In this document: positions 1 to 11,100 of the stretch, piece after piece
Layout of the letters: each line of letters starts with the position of its first letter
Position numbering within the stretch: position 1 is the stretch's first letter
NCBI GenBank assembly: GCA_002633005.1
Contig: NMRA01000017.1
Location: forward strand, 1,152,737 to 1,216,736
Source of the DNA: Phoronis australis
Taxonomy: Eukaryota > Animalia > Phoronida
Length of the DNA: 64,000 nt
Reading direction: 5' to 3'
Program-made: the position numbers and the translations under genes
The notes under the pieces: generated by a model
What the model saw: the letters and a program-made list of their open reading frames with translations, nothing else
Databases searched by the model: none
What the model was told of the DNA's origin: nothing

Positions 1-729
1 GTTCAAGGACCCCGGTGTCTCCAGCAGCCCATTGCGTTTTTTGTTTTTCTAAGCCCAGCACTAGTTAGTGTACAAAATAGTAAGGCTGACCTGAATTCAC
101 AGACTATACAGCACTCTCCTTTGTTGCCTATAGGTATATGAAAGTGCATTGTTTTCATTATCCTTGATTTGGAATGTCAGGCAGATTTTCATAGGTCATG
201 CTTGAAACGCAGATATTTATTTGTCAAGTTGATCCAACTTTTTCCCTTGGACTTGCAGCTCACAGCACAGTAGTAATACTTTGTTGCCATTGAGAAAAAC
301 TTGTAAAGAATACATTACAACTCCAATGGCGTGAAAACGAGGGTACAATTGTGCTTGACAGATAATAGGCATTGGGATTAAATACATTTAAATACAGTGA
401 GAGTTGAGTCTCTGCTGTGTGATCTATTGGCCCTATTGCATATGGCTTTCCTTATCAAAATCAATTTAATTTAACAGCACAGCATGATATTGCCAATTGC
501 AACCCAGTTCATCACTCTCAATTAACCCAGTGTATGCCTGTGGATGTTTATTCCTGAAAGCATTTTAGGTTTGAAGTTAATAAGGGTTACATGTACCTAC
601 CTGGAAGTAAATTAATCTTTTGGGAATCAAGCATAAATGCGGTTAGTGTGTAATTTTGATTAAATAATGAATTGTTAGATAAAATGTGGTTGATTATCGT
701 TGAGATACTTGACAAAAAATAATAACCAA

Positions 730-1030
730 AAAGATGACGATAAAGATGATGACGAAGATGACGAATATGACGACGATGGTGGCGAGGATGAACAAAAGAA
801 GTAATAACAACATACACATGACGAACGTTGAAGTCCGAAATCATTAAGAAAAAGGCTACAGTCTTGAGTGACACTTGGCGAAATTAACAGAAAAGACAAC
901 GACGGAGATGATGACGAAGATGATGACGATGATGAAAAATATGATGATGGTGGTGGCGATGATGAACAACATCACAACATTCGTATGACGAACTTAGATG
1001 TCATAAATCAATAAGAAATAGGGTACAGTC
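730..1030. repeat. (GAT/GAC)n-rich low-complexity region with an imperfect ~175 bp duplication
   Basis: TATGA..GATGGTGGCGA.GATGAACAA...CATGACGAAC...AAATCA.TAAGAAA.AGG.TACAGTC occurs at about 767-863 and again at about 940-1030. Confidence 0.6.
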
Positions 1031-1875
1031 TAGTTCAATAGAAGATAAACCAACAAAGGAACAGCATTATCAGAAAATCTCAAATAACTCGAAAAGTAGA
1101 CGTCCTAGCGAAAAATGGAAAACATCTTCTAAAAGCCCATTCAAAACTCTATCTAAACTGATGGTATCGCCTAATACCGTAAATTTTTCGAAAAAAATGA
1201 AATTTTGCGTTTTTTTAAAGAAATTCAAAGTCAAATAACTCGAAAACGGTAAGTCTGAGAAAAAAATTGTTACAGGCCATTTGACAGAATATACTTCAAA
1301 CAATCCACATGCAAAAAATCGCGTCTTTTTCTCTTCCCGTTTAAAATAGCACTCCAGCACGACTGAAAATGGATCAACATGCGCCAGATCCGCCATCTTG
1401 AAAGCAACTTCCGTTTTTTTGGCTCTGTATAATAGCATGTCATAAAAAACTAATACCTGTAAAAATTCGAAGGAATTGGTCTTATAATGCGCCCTCTACA
1501 GGAGAAAACGTTTTTAGGCCAAAATCGAGGTGCGCATGCGCGATCGCCGATATTTCCGCCATCTTTAACCGGAAGTAAACAATTTCCGGGATACTTGTAG
1601 CAAACTTCTGGTCCATTTACTGTGCCGATTTTTAGCCTTTTTCGTAAAAAATTGTAGCCTCCAGAAGCATTTGAACCTTTAAATGAAAACAAAATGGCCA
1701 CCACAGCCGCCATCTTGGATCCGATTTTGACGAAAAACAATAAGCTTCCAGTACTTTACGTGTTATGTGTAAATTTCGTGATTATCGGACGAAAATTGCG
1801 ACCTGTATCGTGCGAACAGACAAAAAAAACTTAGTTACAGAGCAACATACTTGGCGAAATTTATTTCGCCAAGTA
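873..1875 (-). mobile_element. Helentron-associated (HINE/DINE-1-like) non-autonomous element
   Basis: Terminal hairpin TACTTGGCGAAAT-TT-ATTTCGCCAAGTA (1848-1875), with the same ACTTGGCGAAATT again at 873-885 as a sub-terminal inverted repeat. The interior is CpG-richer with repeated CGCCATCTT motifs, and there is no credible coding frame. Confidence 0.55.
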
Positions 1876-2022
1876 ATGAACAAAAAACTAGATGTCGAAC
1901 CAATGCCTCTCAACCAGTTGGCCAAAGAGCAATTAATTGCTTAATAAGAATACTTTGTTTTGTCTATCAGAAGCCTGGCTATAGATTCTCTACTCAACAA
2001 TTTTGTTACATTGCCACATGAA

Positions 2023-2083
2023 ACTTGCACTTATCATCATCACTTGCACTTATCATCATCACTTGCACTTATCATCATCACTT
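2023..2083. repeat. 19-bp tandem repeat x3
   Basis: (ACTTGCACTTATCATCATC)x3, about 30 bp upstream of the SHTN1 acceptor at 2110. Confidence 0.9.
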
Positions 2084-2110
2084 AAGCCATGTAATTTTGT
2101 TGTGTTTCAG

Positions 2111-5100
2111 CTATAGCAGATTATGATGAGTTGAAGACAAAGTATGATGAAAACATCATAGCTGTAAGTATATTGATCAAGGATTCAATATCGAAGAATT
2201 TTGATTTTTTGACATGAAATTTTTGTGCTAACCAATTGATCATGTATTTCATGCCCCAAGGTTAAATCTACAGTAGATTGTAACAGATAATACACTACTT
2301 TTTAATAAGCTTACACATATATACTCTACAATCTCCATACTTTTCGCCTAAATGAACTGTACTCTGATGCCTTCATTTAAAGACCGTTTGCAAGTTAATG
2401 GCTTTCCACTTACTGTGAAATGTCACAAGTTTCAGACAACAATAATAAATTATTTACCAAAACTGGCCTTTTTTCATTTTCAAAGGCCCATAACATTATT
2501 GTGTATGACTGAAATTGCTCAAAACACTGATAACAGTTATGGCATACAAGTTAAGACTGATAAAAAGCTTTTATTTTGTGCTACTTATCTGTTTTGAAAA
2601 AGTGAAATTTAACTTGTTCGCCATATTGTGTCCTAAATTGGTGAGATTTTACCATAACAAGTGATCGTCAGCAAATTTAGTGATCATCAACAAATGCAAT
2701 GATAATCAACGAATGTAGTGGTCATCAGCGAATGTAGTGATCATCAGCAAATATCATCAACAAATGTAGTGATCATCAGCAAATGTAGTGGTCCGCAAAT
2801 GTATTGGTTGTCAGCAAATGTGGTGATCATGGTCAAATGTAGTGATCATCATCAAATGTAGTGATCATCAGCAAATGTTGTTATCATAATCAAATGTAGT
2901 GATCATCATCAAATGTAGTGATCATCAGCAAATGTAGTGATCATCAGCAAATGTAGTGATTATCAGCAAATGTAGTGATCATGGTCAAATGTAATGATCA
3001 TCAGCAAATGTTGTTATCATCATCAAATGTAGTGATCATCATCAAATTTAGTGATCATCAGCTAATGTACTGATCATCAGCAACTGTAGTGATCAGTTAA
3101 TGTAGTGATAATCGACAAATGTTTCTAAGCTGCTGAAACTAAATATGGTAAAATCTCACCAAATTTGAACAAAAACAATTGTCTAAATTGCCAATTTTCA
3201 AGGTAGACCTACAATTTTCACTTGTCCACCTTATTGTATCCTGGTGAGAGAGATTTCAATGTAACCGTGACTTTTCTTGCGTTTTCAGTACAATGCCTTA
3301 CGGAAGAGCTGCGAACAGCAAGAATTACAACTGAGCACCATTCCACAAGGTAACATGCTCTGTGTCAATCTTCTGTAGTTGCCTATGACTGACTATCAAA
3401 TACTATCTCAAAGTAGCAGAGATATCTGGTATTGTTTTCAGTGTTATTAAAAAGGTCACAAGTATGGCGTCAGATAAGCTATGACTACGTAAAAATGACT
3501 TGTGTTATTAGTAGTCAACACTGCATCAAACTAACACTATAATAATATTGTAAATGGCGTTTTGTATAAGGTTTAAAAGACAAACAAGCTCTGTTTACAA
3601 CAGTTTTGCACGTCACATTTTTGTATCACCTGTCGTAACGCAATATGATTGTGATAGAATCTCAGAGGTTACAGGGACTATAAACTTGACACGCTTTTAT
3701 CAGCGATAGTTCATTATCCACTCGGCTGTGGGGGCAATAAACATGTTCTAATGCCTGGTCTGGCAATGGAACTATTCTGAGTGAATGGTGAGATGCCTTG
3801 AACGTCAGCACAACATTCATGTATGAAACTTTTTTCGACGGCCAAATCTACGATTCAATAACACCCCGCGGCATTAAGTTTATACAGTACATGTACAGCA
3901 CTTATTCGACAAGTCTGTTTAGTTAAACCAATATCTACAGAATTAGAAGGTTCAGGTAAAGCACAATTGAGTCTCATTATAACATACCTGTTGCTTATAA
4001 TTCATATTTAATGAACACGGATACAAAACTTGTAACAAATTCTTGTTTGTGGATGGTATAACCACCAACTAACTATGTCGCGGTCGAACTACTGTTCAGC
4101 ATAGATTGTAATGTGGTGGTCTTAAAAAGTTCACAATAATTCTCATGGAAAATGGATGAAATTTTAAGCAAAAACTTTCAGTAAATTTTCAAATATTTTT
4201 TGTGTCATTTTTCTTCCAACTTCCTTCCGAATTTTTGTCATGACTTCCGACAAAAATCGATAACTCTTGAAATTTGCGTCATTTTTTGTTTAATTTTCAT
4301 CAGGATTTTCGCTTTTATGACAAAAATGTAATATGTGTTTGAACTCGGTCACCCGTCAATGTCATTTTGAAATGGCAAAAACGACGAAATTTTACAGCTC
4401 ACACATGTGGTCACGACACTCACGAGAACGAATTACTTAGAATACTGTGTGACTGCACAAATTAGTCCATTGCGGATTTATAAATTTGTGAAATTTGTTA
4501 CTTTCTCAGGTTTACTGATATTCCACGCTAATTTCTGTGTATTTACTCTGAAATTATAAGTGTAAATTAAATTCTTAACGGCATGCAGTCAAAAATCAAA
4601 TTCTACAGGCCTTCCTGTTTCAGAAAACACATTTTACCTAGTTGAAATGTATAATTTTCTAGATATTTTGATGAATACTCAGACATTTCAATGAGGTCCT
4701 ACTTGACCTTGAATGGCTTTACATGACCGTAAAAGTGCATTGTATGTACATTGTCTCCATTCAGCTGAGACAGATGGGCACAATTTATCATTGATATACA
4801 CAAAGACTTCCTGTATCAACCTTATCATAATACTACAGCCCACTGATGACTTTTGGCCTCCTCACTAACCTCAAACATCATCTGATAATGTCAATTCAGT
4901 GATGACAAGCAGTTCGTCATTTAGGCAAACTCTTATTGCTGTTTAGTTTTTGTGTGGTAGTAGCAGTAACCACCATGGTAACTATTGGAGTGATACTAAT
5001 AAAATGACAATAAACTTTTTATATTTAATAGTTACACTAACTATGGCAATAACAATTCTAGCAATTGTTTATTTCGTTTATTTATTATAGCGACATGAAT

Positions 5101-8100
5101 TCACGAAGCAAACATAGGTAATTAATTAAACATGAGAATATAAGATAAACGTGAGCATTCCCAGCCACATGAGCTTAGTATGTCACTTTATTAACATTTC
5201 TGTGAATATAGTAGAAATTATAGCAGTAACTGTGGCAATAATAATTATAATTATAACTATTATGATTGTAATACCGATAACTATTGTAGCTGTAGTAATA
5301 ATAATTATATATATATTGATTATGTTATCAATAACACAGGGAATGGTCTTTATAGCAATAGGGATGGCAATACTTAATTATAACAATTATAGCAATTAGT
5401 ATATAAAGAAATAGGAATAGTTGTAACACTAATGATTACAACAATAGCATTTATAGCAACAGTAATAATTTATTAGAAATAACACTGTTAATGGTTTAAT
5501 AATTATAGCAACAGCAATAACACTGTGAATAGTAGTTATAGCATTTATAATTACAGCGATAGTAATTGTAAAAATAAAACTACACTATGCAGTGCTGTTA
5601 CAAAAAGTGACCAATTTACAATTGATTTATGGTGGCTCGACTCAACTTTGCAATTATGTGGCTTCCAAAAAGTTGAAAATACAACATGTTACATGTACAA
5701 TTATGGATGTTAAATATAATGTGGTCTGTTAGTTGTTTTTAAAAGAAGTTTTGTCAGTACTGAAAATGATCCAGTGCTAGTTGTCAACCTAGGTCCTACA
5801 GCTGAGACTTGTGGTAGGGACTAAATGTTACGGGTTATAGGTAGATTCTCACTAGGTTCACCATAAATATAACAAAATAATTGCAGGCGGCCTAGTACAC
5901 GCGCAGTCCACTCAGATGGACACATTACAGTGATTACCTGGAACCATTTTAATGCTTTATTAATATGTCATTAAAACAGAGCTGAGGAGCTAAAGACCTT
6001 AGTCAAGGGTCTACCACTGTGCCCTGGTGGTGCTCGAACCGTCGACCTTGAGCAAAGGAAGCAGACATTTATCACACTAGGCCACACTGTCTCCTCAGGT
6101 TCACCATCAGGGCAAACAGTTTTTTTATTTTTTGTTTACAAATTCAATGTCCCACTGCACAGTTGGAGAGTCACTTGCGTGTGGCGCAACTTATAGATTT
6201 CTACTGTGAATTTAGCACTATAATAGTGTGCCATGTACAACCATCTTTTATGGTAGCCATGACGACTGGTTGTTATTGTTGTTCTATATTGTCTTTCCTG
6301 TAAATTATTAGTATTTTTGCATTTTTTTCTTCTAAAATTCCACATGTCGGTGTGTTTCTTGTTGGACATTAGTACATCGTTTACTGATTCAGTTTTTCAA
6401 GTCAGTAAAAATAAGTCTTTTCACAACTATATAATTATCTACTACTTATATGTGCTTATTTCTTAACTCCAAAAACTATGACACATCAAAGTGAGAATAA
6501 TGTTGGTGATTGGGGTAACACTCGGAATGACTTTCATCTCCTGCTAGACAAAGTGTGTTGTTTATATGTTTTTAGTTCTTGAGAGTGTCGCCGCTGAGTA
6601 CGATGAAATTAAAACCAAGTATGAGATGGAATCTGGCCTTCGGGATAAAGCAGAGAGCTATGCATCCCAGGTAAGTTGGGGATATTCAGGTGTGCCAAGC
6701 AGTGTATCTGTGCTCACAATGTTGAAATTATAGTGACTGTGAATCAGCAAAGTCTGGGTTGAACTCTCCTCTTTCACGCACTTAGAAAAACGTATTAGGA
6801 TGACTGACCAACTTTTCAAAATCAGCATTGCGTTGACGTGGACAAGTGCTTTGCACATGTGTTGCCTTGTGGGAAGTGATACCTGATGCCTTGTCTACAC
6901 TGTCATGGGTTTTTCTTTTAGTTTTGATCAATAGGGCTGCAGTTACAATGGAGCTCATAACATTGGAGACCTTAATTCTCTCAAATTAGTGGTATGAACA
7001 TGTGCATACCTGAGCTAAGTGCTTATTACTAAAACTTGAAGTACAGTACATGCCAAGCCCTACGGGGCAGAAGCCAAATTCTTCATCAGAGTAGATTTCC
7101 ATCATGACCCAGAATGTAGAAAAATTAACAGGAAAGTTAGTGACGTGGCTAAGCCGCTCTGTAATTATGATTTTCCCCCTATAATATGTACTACCAGTCA
7201 TTTTTGCTCTTCACCCTTCGCTGTCATGACGGCGACACGGTATTTTCAGTCTGATTAGTTGCTTTGTCCAGTAAATGTCATCAAGTTTCCTAGCGTCTTG
7301 AGATGAATACAGGGTGTAGATACACTACAAGTACAATATTAATGCACCTATCACTTTGGTGTTCTTAAGGTCCACAAACACAATCAGCAGCTCAAAAGGC
7401 AGAGCCAGGCTCTCAAGAGACAGAGCCAGGCGCTATTTCAGAAACTTAACGTAGTGGCTGTGGACATAGACTTCAGTGATATTGGTGACATTCTGGAGGA
7501 GGAGGATGTCAAGGAAAGTTCAAGCATACCAAATGAGGTCGAGCAACTCAAGGACATCATCAGAGGTATAACACCGTATGTGCCAAAATTTAGACTCATG
7601 CTCCTAGATCCAAAATAATGCATTTTTTGCTAAAAATTTCCCGCATATTTACATGTGAATGAATATGCTTTGTAATTGGGAAAGGTGGTTAACTCTTGTA
7701 CTGTGTACTTTGTTTTTATGATATTGACAACGAGAAACTAATTCTAATACTAGCTACTTACATATGATTTGTAATGGTCTCTACCCAGCTCGAATTGCAG
7801 GACTTATTTGTCACTTCAGAATGAGACCTAAAAATAATTTACAAACCAAATTTTAACAATAAATCAACGCTTGTGTCCTTATTTAAAGGAATTTAGGAAA
7901 TTGCCCTGGAAAATAAATTATTTTAGTGCTTCTACTCGTCTATAAATTTTGAAACAACATAAACAACTATATAACTTTCAAGTATCACCCAGTCCTCTAG
8001 GAATGCTGCTCACGTTATTCTGGCATTTCTAGAAGATAGTGTTGACATCTGCAGATGTGTAAAGGTTTAAACCATTCTGGCACTTCTAGAAGATGGTGTT

Positions 8101-11100
8101 GACATCTGCAGATGTATAAAGGTTTAAACCATTCTGGCACTTCTGGAAGATGGTGTTGACATCTGCAGATGTGTAAGGCTTTAAACCATTCTGGCACTTC
8201 TAGAAGATGTCTGACATCTGCAGATGTGTAAAGGCTTAAATCATTGTTGAAATCGAAATTATTTATTTGTGCAGGTCTTGAAGAAAAAATTGCAACACTT
8301 CATGCAGAAGTGCAGAGAGCAGCTTCAGATAAGGAAGTTGCCGAAACGGTCGCGACGGAAGCCAAAAAGATGGTATATTTTGATTAATTGAAAATAACCA
8401 CACTTTTAACTAGTTTGTGTTGAACATATAAATTCTCTATTCCATGCACCAGTATTTTTGCCTGGATAACTTAAATAACTATTAAATGCTCAGAACTCAC
8501 CGAGAACTGTTCAATGTTGGTCCAGGTCGTGTGTTGGTTCAGGCGGTTTGTTGGCCCAGGCAGTGTGTTGGCCCAGGCGGTGGGACCGTTGGCTTAAACC
8601 TATCTCAAACCTTATTCACAAAAATTGGTCATTTTTACAATATTTCACATTTATGTCTAGCAAAATACCTCATCTTCGTTCTCAAGGAACTTCAAGTACA
8701 AAATATATACTATTCAGCTAGAAAAAAAGATATAGCTGAACCATCTTGGAACCACACAACTGCGTGGAAATTTGTTTACTACTTATCCAAGGTAAAAAGT
8801 CAGGGGGCTGTCACTCAAATGGAATCTCCCACCAGGCACAGAGCAACTCCATATAATGTATGTACCTTCAATCCTTTCATTCACCAAGTCACCATAATAT
8901 TGTGTCAACGACATGTACACATGAGAGAAAGATGCCGGGGAAAAGCAAGTTGTGAAAAGAGATAAATCCTCTCCCAAATTCCTTCATTTGAGTAATTTGA
9001 CATTTCGCTGCGTACTTTAGCCATCGACCCAATTTCTGTATTCATTTCGTACTTGGGTTATCAGTATCCCAGCGTATGATGTGTCTAACAATGAACTGTT
9101 GAACTACTATAAAGCAGACCACAATACACCAGCTTGACCCACTTAACATGTTGGCTCTGCCTGTGACCTAGTTGGATTTTATGCATTAGAAATCGACTTG
9201 CTTCAAATGCTTTTGTGATAATTAAGTGAATTGCAGATTCAGATGATCTTGTGCGGGAATGTTGAATTAATGAGGGTAGCTGGTGGGTGTATAGGTTTTA
9301 TTGACTGAAAACAGGTTTTTACTGAATAATTAACCAAAGACCTTGAGACTTTAACCTCTCACGATTTAATCAGCTTTCTCTCGGCTTCGGCAAATTGACT
9401 CAATTTGAACTTAGGGAACAGAAGTTCTCATAAACACCTTGGTGGATTTTGCTGAATCTTTCCAAACTTAATATTTTATTTGTCATCAGTCTCAAAAACT
9501 AAGGATTTTTGATATAAAGGCCAAGTTTTTTCGTAATGTAACAAAGACGAATACGACTGCTATTTTTTGCAAATATATCTTACGTTTGATTTATTATAGA
9601 AACCAAACGAAAAGTCTAATTGAAAGTTCCTAACAATGCTTTTGAGATAACTGGTGTATTTTTCATTTAAAAAAGGTTTTATTAAAATTGACTGAGGAGT
9701 TATTTTGCTATGGGTGTACCTTTCGTAAAAATGAAATTTTGACTTAAAAAGGTGTTAACATAATAAAAGTGTTACATAAATATAAAACATATGTTTTGTA
9801 TTCCCTGATCTTTTTTCATTCAGTTGACAAAGCCTAGTTTTTGATTTATGGGTTAGAATGGAGTCCTCTAAATAAGTTTTGAGATAAGTTTAACTGAGTG
9901 GCTATAAACCCGGATCCATCCAAGAAGCAAACTTTTGATTTAGACAATTTGTTGAGCTTGCTTTCAATTTGTTCTGACAGTTCATTTAAAGCCCTGAAAT
10001 CACTTCCTATTTGACAAAGGAACAATTTGAGACAAACTTTATTAACAATAAGTGATCTTAAACAAAAGTTAGTTTTGTGATGTGAGGCAGGTTTATAGTC
10101 ACTTTATTTGATTAACAAATGATACGACTGCAATATTGCAATTTATAGTCTTCTGTTTCTAGGTCCTATGTCATAAAATGGAGTTCACAATCATTGCTTA
10201 TTGCTAATTTTATCTTGATCTGTTAACCTTGTCAAGTACTATTGTAATCCATGGAATTATCTGTGGCCCTATCTGAATGCCACAGATATCAGTTAACCCA
10301 CAAGCATTGATTGCTTTCTTTTGTTTTACACACCTATTGACCCAATCTAAACACAAGGAGCTTTTTGTAGGTTATCCTGTGAAATACCTGTTATATGAAT
10401 ATAGTAGATTTCTTATTTTCTTAAACATTTATTAATCAAATGCTCATCTAGTACAGACACATACTCATTATTTCAAATAAGTACAAACAGCAATATATAA
10501 CATGTATGTTTCACGCCTATCTTCACTCATCACACAAGCATAAAGACATATTTATTTTGAATAAGTACAAACAATAATATATACTTATGCATGTTTACCA
10601 TCTTCATTCGCTCATCACATTCAAACATTTTCTTGAAAAAAATACTGAAATAATTATAATATAATTTGTACATTTAGCAGAATTTTGTGAACAGGCACAT
10701 TGAAGGTTATGCCGATAAAGTATATAGAGCAAACAATAGTTTACGGTGTCTTATGCATTAGGTAACTCTTACGCGAACAGAATTTGCATGCAGTTGTGTG
10801 AGAAAGCATGCACTGTTCACCCCAAAGTAGCCAGCAAATACCTCGGCATATCAAAGGCTTGATGGTGCCGTCATGGATTGAAGTGAGCTAGTCGCTGTTT
10901 ATGGGCTTGGTTGAATGTGTAGTGGATAAGAGAATTGCAGTTGTAAACCAATGTGCCTGTTTAGCATACCAGTTTCTATGTCAAAAAATGAACATTACGT
11001 AAGGCAAACGCCCAAAATGACTGTTTTTAAAATTGAAAAGTAAATATTAGCCATCTTCGAATTTTTTGAAATGGATGCCTTTACAGGAACACCAAAACCA

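Noticed and set aside
587-1740. Minus-strand ORFs (His/Ser-rich 95 aa, 122 aa, 96 aa)
   Set aside because: They derive from GAT/GAC low-complexity sequence and a non-autonomous element, with no recognisable domain.
2660-3120. CRISPR-like repeat array
   Set aside because: Units are contiguous with no unique spacers, there are no cas genes and the context is a eukaryotic intron. It is a minisatellite; the same applies to 8018-8240 and 18085-18553.
5151-5399. Ile-rich hydrophobic 82-aa ORF resembling a membrane protein
   Set aside because: Artefact of the ATA/ATT low-complexity tract.
6020-6094. tRNA gene
   Set aside because: A and B boxes are present but I could not fold a convincing cloverleaf. 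It has a downstream body and TSDs, so it was called a SINE.
8015-8197. ORF with 19-aa Cys/His repeats (HICRCQHH)
   Set aside because: Translation of the 57-bp minisatellite; no ATG start or splice support.
8486-8965. 159-aa plus-strand ORF in an SHTN1 intron
   Set aside because: Begins in short TGTTGGCCCAGGC repeats typical of a repeat element; no protein-like composition or homology recognised.
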